A stretch of DNA of 37,646 nt from a virus (Duplodnaviria > Caudoviricetes): positions 1 to 37,646 of IMG/VR virus record IMGVR_UViG_3300046807_000001. The stretch is one strand, 5' to 3'. Below the pieces are notes generated by a model. The model did no database searches. It worked only from the letters and a program-made list of their open reading frames with translations, and was not told the origin of the DNA. Positions within the stretch are counted from its first letter, which is position 1. Each line of letters starts with the position of its first letter. Shown one piece after another: positions 33,942 to 37,646 of this stretch. The position numbers and the translations under genes were made by a program.

Positions 33942-34501
33942 CAAACGTCCCTCGAGTCCACATCAATCACTTCAGCTTCAATGATCCGAGCCTGCGCCGC
34001 AGCCAGCGCATCGGTGATCGAGATCGACCCGCCAAGCTCCACGGTCTTTGTTTCGCCGTACTTCTTCCGATTGTGTGCGCCCATGAGCCACTTGCGAGTG
34101 TCGATCTTGAGGCGCGAACGCTGGACGTCTTCCAGTGAGTCATCGCCGTCGGCAATCTCAATGATCTCACCGGCCATAAACTCGGTGCGCATCTCCTGGG
34201 CTTCGTCAAACAACTGCTTACGGCTGGGGTCTTTTTTGATCCACCGGTAGAAGTCGTTGTAGTCGATGTCCCGCTGGTCGTCTCGCAGCACTTGGGACAG
34301 GGACTTGCCGTGGGCAATCGAGTCGATGGCACGCATGAACACCTGCTCGTACTGCACGAGGGTGAGTGCCTTGACCTCAGCGGGCAATTTGGCCAACGGG
34401 GTGTCGGATCGTGGCGCAGGGTCGAGCCAGTCTGGTAGCTCGAGTTGAGTTGGTTGATGTGCGACATCTGCGCCTACGGGATTGGGGTTCAATGTGTCCA
34501 T
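33941..34501 (-). CDS. terS: Terminase small subunit
   Basis: IAHGKSL..V, FYRWI, EIIEIAD, RSRLKIDTRKW...KYG; coupled to terL. Confidence 0.85.
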   Translation of the reverse strand: MDTLNPNPVGADVAHQPTQLELPDWLDPAPRSDTPLAKLPAEVKALTLVQYEQVFMRAIDSIAHGKSLSQVLRDDQRDIDYNDFYRWIKKDPSRKQLFDEAQEMRTEFMAGEIIEIADGDDSLEDVQRSRLKIDTRKWLMGAHNRKKYGETKTVELGGSISITDALAAAQARIIEAEVIDVDSRDV

Positions 34502-34555
34502 AGTGGTACTGAGTCTATCACTGTGTGGGAGTTTGTGGAATATGAGGAGCAATGC

Positions 34556-35080
34556 ACCCATTGGGTCTAGGTGTCATTTGAAAAAATAAAAAATTGTTCG
34601 TGGTACCGCCGTAGCCGTGACCCTTGGTCCGTCGGCCCTACCCCCTCCCCCTCGGCACCAGGTCAACCCACGGCCACCGATTAGCCCACTGGGTCACGGG
34701 ATCACGGCCACCAATGCACCACCCAGCGGGTGACAGTTAGCCCACTGGGTCACTGAATCAGGGCTTCACGGGGCAAACCCAGCGGGTGGATCATGCACCC
34801 AGAGGGTTAAAACCCAGCGGGTAGCAGTTAGCCCACTGGGTCACGGGATCGGGAAAAACGGGTGCGAGTGGTACACCGGTGACATCGCGCAGGCGAGGGG
34901 TCGGAAATGACTTTTTTGAAAAGGGTCTTTTATTTTGGAATCCCAGAATCCCTCTACCCTCTGTAAGTCACAATTGACGCACCGCACCAGTGAGCAAACC
35001 CAGCGGGTAGATCCGTGATAATTTGCCCCAGTGGGTTAGGGAAAGCACTGATACAAATAATTGTTGCCCCAGTGGGTTAG
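34556..35080. repeat. Array of 11 CCCANNGGG pseudo-palindromes in the divergent intergenic region
   Basis: 11-mers start at 34556, 34684, 34721, 34740, 34777, 34797, 34812, 34831, 34998, 35026, 35067. Confidence 0.88.
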
Positions 35081-35094
35081 ATCTGTGGTATGAT
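35064..35094 (+). promoter_or_regulatory. Putative early promoter (extended -10)
   Basis: TGgTATGAT at 35086-35094; TTGCCC 19 nt upstream; one repeat copy overlaps the -35 and spacer. Confidence 0.55.
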
Positions 35095-35144
35095 GTGGGC
35101 ACCGGATCAAACCGGCCTTGTAACCCGTAATCGAAGGAACTCAA

Positions 35145-35234
35145 ATGATCAAAGATGCCGCCCTCGCCGTGTTTATCGGCCTTACCCTCGCCGCTGTTTT
35201 GCTGCACTCGCTGGGTGCTTTGTTTCCCTTGTAA
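35145..35234 (+). CDS. 29-aa single-TM peptide (not in the ORF track)
   Basis: SD GAAGGA; MIKDAALAVFIGLTLAAVLLHSLGALFPL. Confidence 0.6.
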   Translation: MIKDAALAVFIGLTLAAVLLHSLGALFPL

Positions 35235-35260
35235 CCCGTAACCTTGAAAGACCTGTAACC

Positions 35261-35578
35261 ATGAAAACCACTCTTGACTTCAACGATTTCCGCGATGCCT
35301 TCCGCCGTTATGACCGGATGGACAACTTCAGCCGCGAAGGCATGCAATTGCTGTTCGACTATTGCGAGGAATGTGACCCAGACATGGATCTGGACGTGAT
35401 CGCGCTGTGCTGTGACTATGACGAGCTTCAATGGGATGACATCGCCGCAAACTACCGGATTGATCTGGACGACTGCGAAGATGAGGACGACAAGATTGAG
35501 GTAGTCCGCGAATACTTAGAAGCGAATACCCAGTTGATCGGCGAAACCGCTACAGGTTTCGTTTATGCCGTGTTTTGA
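35261..35578 (+). CDS. Highly acidic early protein, candidate DNA mimic
   Basis: 105 aa with 30 D/E vs 9 K/R by manual count. Confidence 0.7.
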   Translation: MKTTLDFNDFRDAFRRYDRMDNFSREGMQLLFDYCEECDPDMDLDVIALCCDYDELQWDDIAANYRIDLDDCEDEDDKIEVVREYLEANTQLIGETATGFVYAVF

Positions 35579-35581
35579 GGA

Positions 35582-35902
35582 GTGACCACCATGACTGACA
35601 TTTACACAACACCCATCAAAACCGAAGCAGACGCGCAAGGCTTCTTTTTCCAGTTGCACCAACTCGGACGACTGTTTCACCCCGAGGACAACCCCGCAGA
35701 AGTGGTCAACGGTGCAAGCGGTCAATGGCTGTTTACTGACCAACAAGCCCAGCACCTGCGAAACCGCCTCAATGAGGTTTTTGAAGTGATGGATGACCCT
35801 TGTCAATATTGTTTAACTCTGACTCAGCCTGAGAGTGACCGCGAAGACGACACCGACAACCCCGACTATTCAACCGCCGACCGCTTTCAGCTTGGAGAAT
35901 GA
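35582..35902 (+). CDS. Hypothetical acidic early protein
   Basis: SD GAGGAG favours ATG 35591; FHPED motif. Confidence 0.7.
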   Translation: MTTMTDIYTTPIKTEADAQGFFFQLHQLGRLFHPEDNPAEVVNGASGQWLFTDQQAQHLRNRLNEVFEVMDDPCQYCLTLTQPESDREDDTDNPDYSTADRFQLGE

Positions 35903-35905
35903 ACC

Positions 35906-36097
35906 ATGAAAACCGATTTCAAAGTGTATCCCCGCAAAATCCATGTTTACTGCAAAGGCGCACCAAAAACAGCCCCGCACCTGTCGCAGTTCTATGCATG
36001 GTCAACCAACGCTTACCGCACCTGCCGCGATGCGGTGGCCGCTGCAAAGGCGTTGCACCCTTCCCAAGAATTTACAGCCCGTTTTGCAAAGGATTAA
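35906..36097 (+). CDS. Hypothetical early protein
   Basis: 63 aa; SD GGAG; tight operon packing. Confidence 0.65.
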   Translation: MKTDFKVYPRKIHVYCKGAPKTAPHLSQFYAWSTNAYRTCRDAVAAAKALHPSQEFTARFAKD

Positions 36098-36101
36098 CAC
36101 C

Positions 36102-36317
36102 ATGATCGACCTATTGACACTTGAACCCAGCGAAGCGGAGCGCATTGCTTACGCCGAGGGCTTCACAATGGCCGCTGAACTGTTCAAACGGATTGATGAA
36201 CTTGAATCGCGGCTCTTGTCGTATGAATGCGCCCTTGAAGCTATCCGCGATGCAGGGCGCAATGGCACCATGACCGCCCGCCAGTGTGCGGGCGCTGCCT
36301 CTGAGGTGCTGCCATGA
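36102..36317 (+). CDS. Hypothetical early protein
   Basis: SD AAGGA; MIDLLTLEPSEAERIAY; ATGA overlap downstream. Confidence 0.65.
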   Translation: MIDLLTLEPSEAERIAYAEGFTMAAELFKRIDELESRLLSYECALEAIRDAGRNGTMTARQCAGAASEVLP

Positions 36318-36424
36318 AAACCTGGCCATTTCCACCACCTAGCGGGCCGATCCCCTGGACACCTGAACAGGTGCGACAACATGCCCGCCAGCAACGCGAA
36401 GCCTTACCAGAGGCCCCGTTATGA
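36314..36424 (+). CDS. 36-aa Pro-rich peptide (WPFPP motif)
   Basis: SD GAGG; ATGA overlaps at both ends. Confidence 0.55.
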   Translation: MKTWPFPPPSGPIPWTPEQVRQHARQQREALPEAPL

Positions 36425-36480
36425 GCGCCTTGATCGTTTCCGCCCTTGTCGCCCTGATCCTGGCCGCGTGGGACAGTTAA
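36421..36480 (+). CDS. 19-aa hydrophobic peptide MSALIVSALVALILAAWDS
   Basis: SD GAGG, ATGA overlap, last ORF before the terminator. Confidence 0.4.
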   Translation: MSALIVSALVALILAAWDS

Positions 36481-36503
36481 CCCAGCGAACCCCGTAACCC
36501 TGA

Positions 36504-36534
36504 GCCCCTAGGTTAGATCCTAGGGGCATTTTTT
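36504..36534 (+). terminator. Intrinsic terminator of the early operon
   Basis: GCCCCTAGG-TTAGAT-CCTAGGGGC-ATTTTTT. Confidence 0.8.
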
Positions 36535-36557
36535 GACCCTCACCCTGACTGACCCCT

Positions 36558-36851
36558 ATGAATGACAAAAAACCCCCGCAAAACCCCGATTTCATGGCCG
36601 CATTGGCCGCTCTGACAACCCGCCACCAGTTGACCGAGACCCAGACCGCCGGTCTATTGGGCGTGCCCGTGTTCACTTTGCGCAAATGGCGCACGGGTAC
36701 TCGCGCCCCCAGCGCCGCCGCTGTTCGACTGGTCGAGGTGCTCGACTTGTTGGGCGCACTGGCCCCTGCCCTCTTGGGTGGCCTGATCCCCGAGCCAGTC
36801 CCACCGAAACCCCCTAAGCGAAAAGCAAAAACGGAAAAAAGCCCTTTATAA
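36558..36851 (+). CDS. XRE/Cro-like helix-turn-helix protein
   Basis: LTETQTAGLLGVP..TLRKWRTG.RAPS. Confidence 0.8.
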   Translation: MNDKKPPQNPDFMAALAALTTRHQLTETQTAGLLGVPVFTLRKWRTGTRAPSAAAVRLVEVLDLLGALAPALLGGLIPEPVPPKPPKRKAKTEKSPL

Positions 36852-36888
36852 GGCGTTTGGAACTTTTTTGAAATTGGAATGACCCAAA

Positions 36889-37068
36889 ATGAATCACACT
36901 GAATCCGAATACATCAGCGAAGGCGCACGCTACGAGCGGGCCAACAACACCGAGGTGGCCAGGGCCATCGCCTACAAGCTCAGGGCCATGCTGGCCAGTG
37001 AACGAATCGAAGACCAATCGTATGCCCGAGATCTGATCGAGCAAGGCCGCAAGGAGGCACGGAAATGA
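36889..37068 (+). CDS. 59-aa hypothetical protein (not in the ORF track)
   Basis: MNHTESEYISEGARYERA...; ATGA overlap with the next gene. Confidence 0.6.
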   Translation: MNHTESEYISEGARYERANNTEVARAIAYKLRAMLASERIEDQSYARDLIEQGRKEARK

Positions 37069-37385
37069 AAAAACTGATCGCAATCACCGCACTGATGTGT
37101 GGCACCGCACATGCTGAGTTCTTGACCGGCAACGACTTGCTTACCAAATTCAATGGTAGCGACATCCAGCAAATGGTCGGGCTTGGGTACGTTATGGGCG
37201 TGTTTGACGCAACGATGGATGCCACCCACTGCCCACCTGCCAACGTGACCGCCGGCCAGGTTCAAGACGTCGTCAAGAACCATTTGACCGCCACCCCTGC
37301 CACGCGCCATTACGTGGCCGATGTGCAAGTGCGGTACATCTTGAGCCAGACATGGCCCTGCAAAAAGAAAGGAACAGCATTATGA
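37065..37385 (+). CDS. Secreted Rap1a/Tai-family immunity-like protein
   Basis: Signal peptide ending AHA; TGNDLL, GYVMGV.D, C.P..VT.GQ..DVV, P..RH..A, WPC. Confidence 0.78.
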   Translation: MKKLIAITALMCGTAHAEFLTGNDLLTKFNGSDIQQMVGLGYVMGVFDATMDATHCPPANVTAGQVQDVVKNHLTATPATRHYVADVQVRYILSQTWPCKKKGTAL

Positions 37386-37537
37386 GCAAATGTCAAAAGA
37401 TGTTCGAGGCCATCATGCGCGTGAAGGGTCACACCGACTTCACAATGAGCGCCACCGGTAAATACATCAACCCTTCACTGCAACAGCGGTGGGCCTACTT
37501 TGCAATGGGCTGGGAAATGAAGGAGGCAACGACATGA
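37382..37537 (+). CDS. 51-aa hypothetical protein, paralogue of 11350-11505
   Basis: SD AAGGA; ATGA overlaps. Confidence 0.8.
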   Translation: MSKCQKMFEAIMRVKGHTDFTMSATGKYINPSLQQRWAYFAMGWEMKEATT

Positions 37538-37646
37538 AATCCACCATAGAAATGGCCCGTGAGGCATGGGCAAAAGCAGGTGAAGGTTGGGTTGACCAGC
37601 ATTGGTATGCAGACCGCGAAAAGGCATTCAAGGAGTTTGAAGCCCT
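37436..37646. repeat. Terminal direct repeat / circular assembly overlap, copy 2
   Basis: Matches 1-211 with one mismatch. Confidence 0.95.

Noticed and set aside
34681-34850. CRISPR mini-array
   Set aside because: Repeats are short, in both orientations and irregularly spaced, and the intervening sequences are themselves repetitive

Overview
The window is an apparently complete, circularly assembled tailed dsDNA phage genome. The unit length is about 37,435 bp, because 1-211 recurs at 37436-37646 with one mismatch. The minus-strand arm (12360-34501) is a P22-like podovirus morphogenesis and lysis module. It carries terS, terL, a GroES-like gene, portal, tail fibre/tailspike genes, scaffold, coat, gp4/gp10-like and ejection proteins, holin-like genes and an M15 endolysin. 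The plus-strand arm (3379-12497) is a replication module: Cas4-like DUF2800 nuclease, DUF2815 SSB, family B DNA polymerase, VRR-NUC, Dcm-like methylase, SNF2 helicase, glutaredoxin and a MazG-like NTP pyrophosphatase. It faces a divergent Prim-Pol/DUF3987 primase-helicase. A cluster of small early genes (35145-707 across the join) follows a repeat-rich non-coding region. Three free-standing homing endonucleases are present. I saw no integrase, tRNA, CRISPR array or reverse transcriptase. The most notable signal is a plasmid-style control cassette at 3186-3576: a predicted ~80-nt antisense RNA, a 14-aa leader peptide coupled to the primase, a palindromic operator and an RHH repressor. Other notable signals are a loop-E-containing structured RNA at 5993-6070, an 11-copy CCCANNGGG array beside terS, an RBS-sequestering hairpin before an HNH gene, and a duplicated small gene bracketing the replication module. 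All family assignments come from motif recognition by eye, not database searches.
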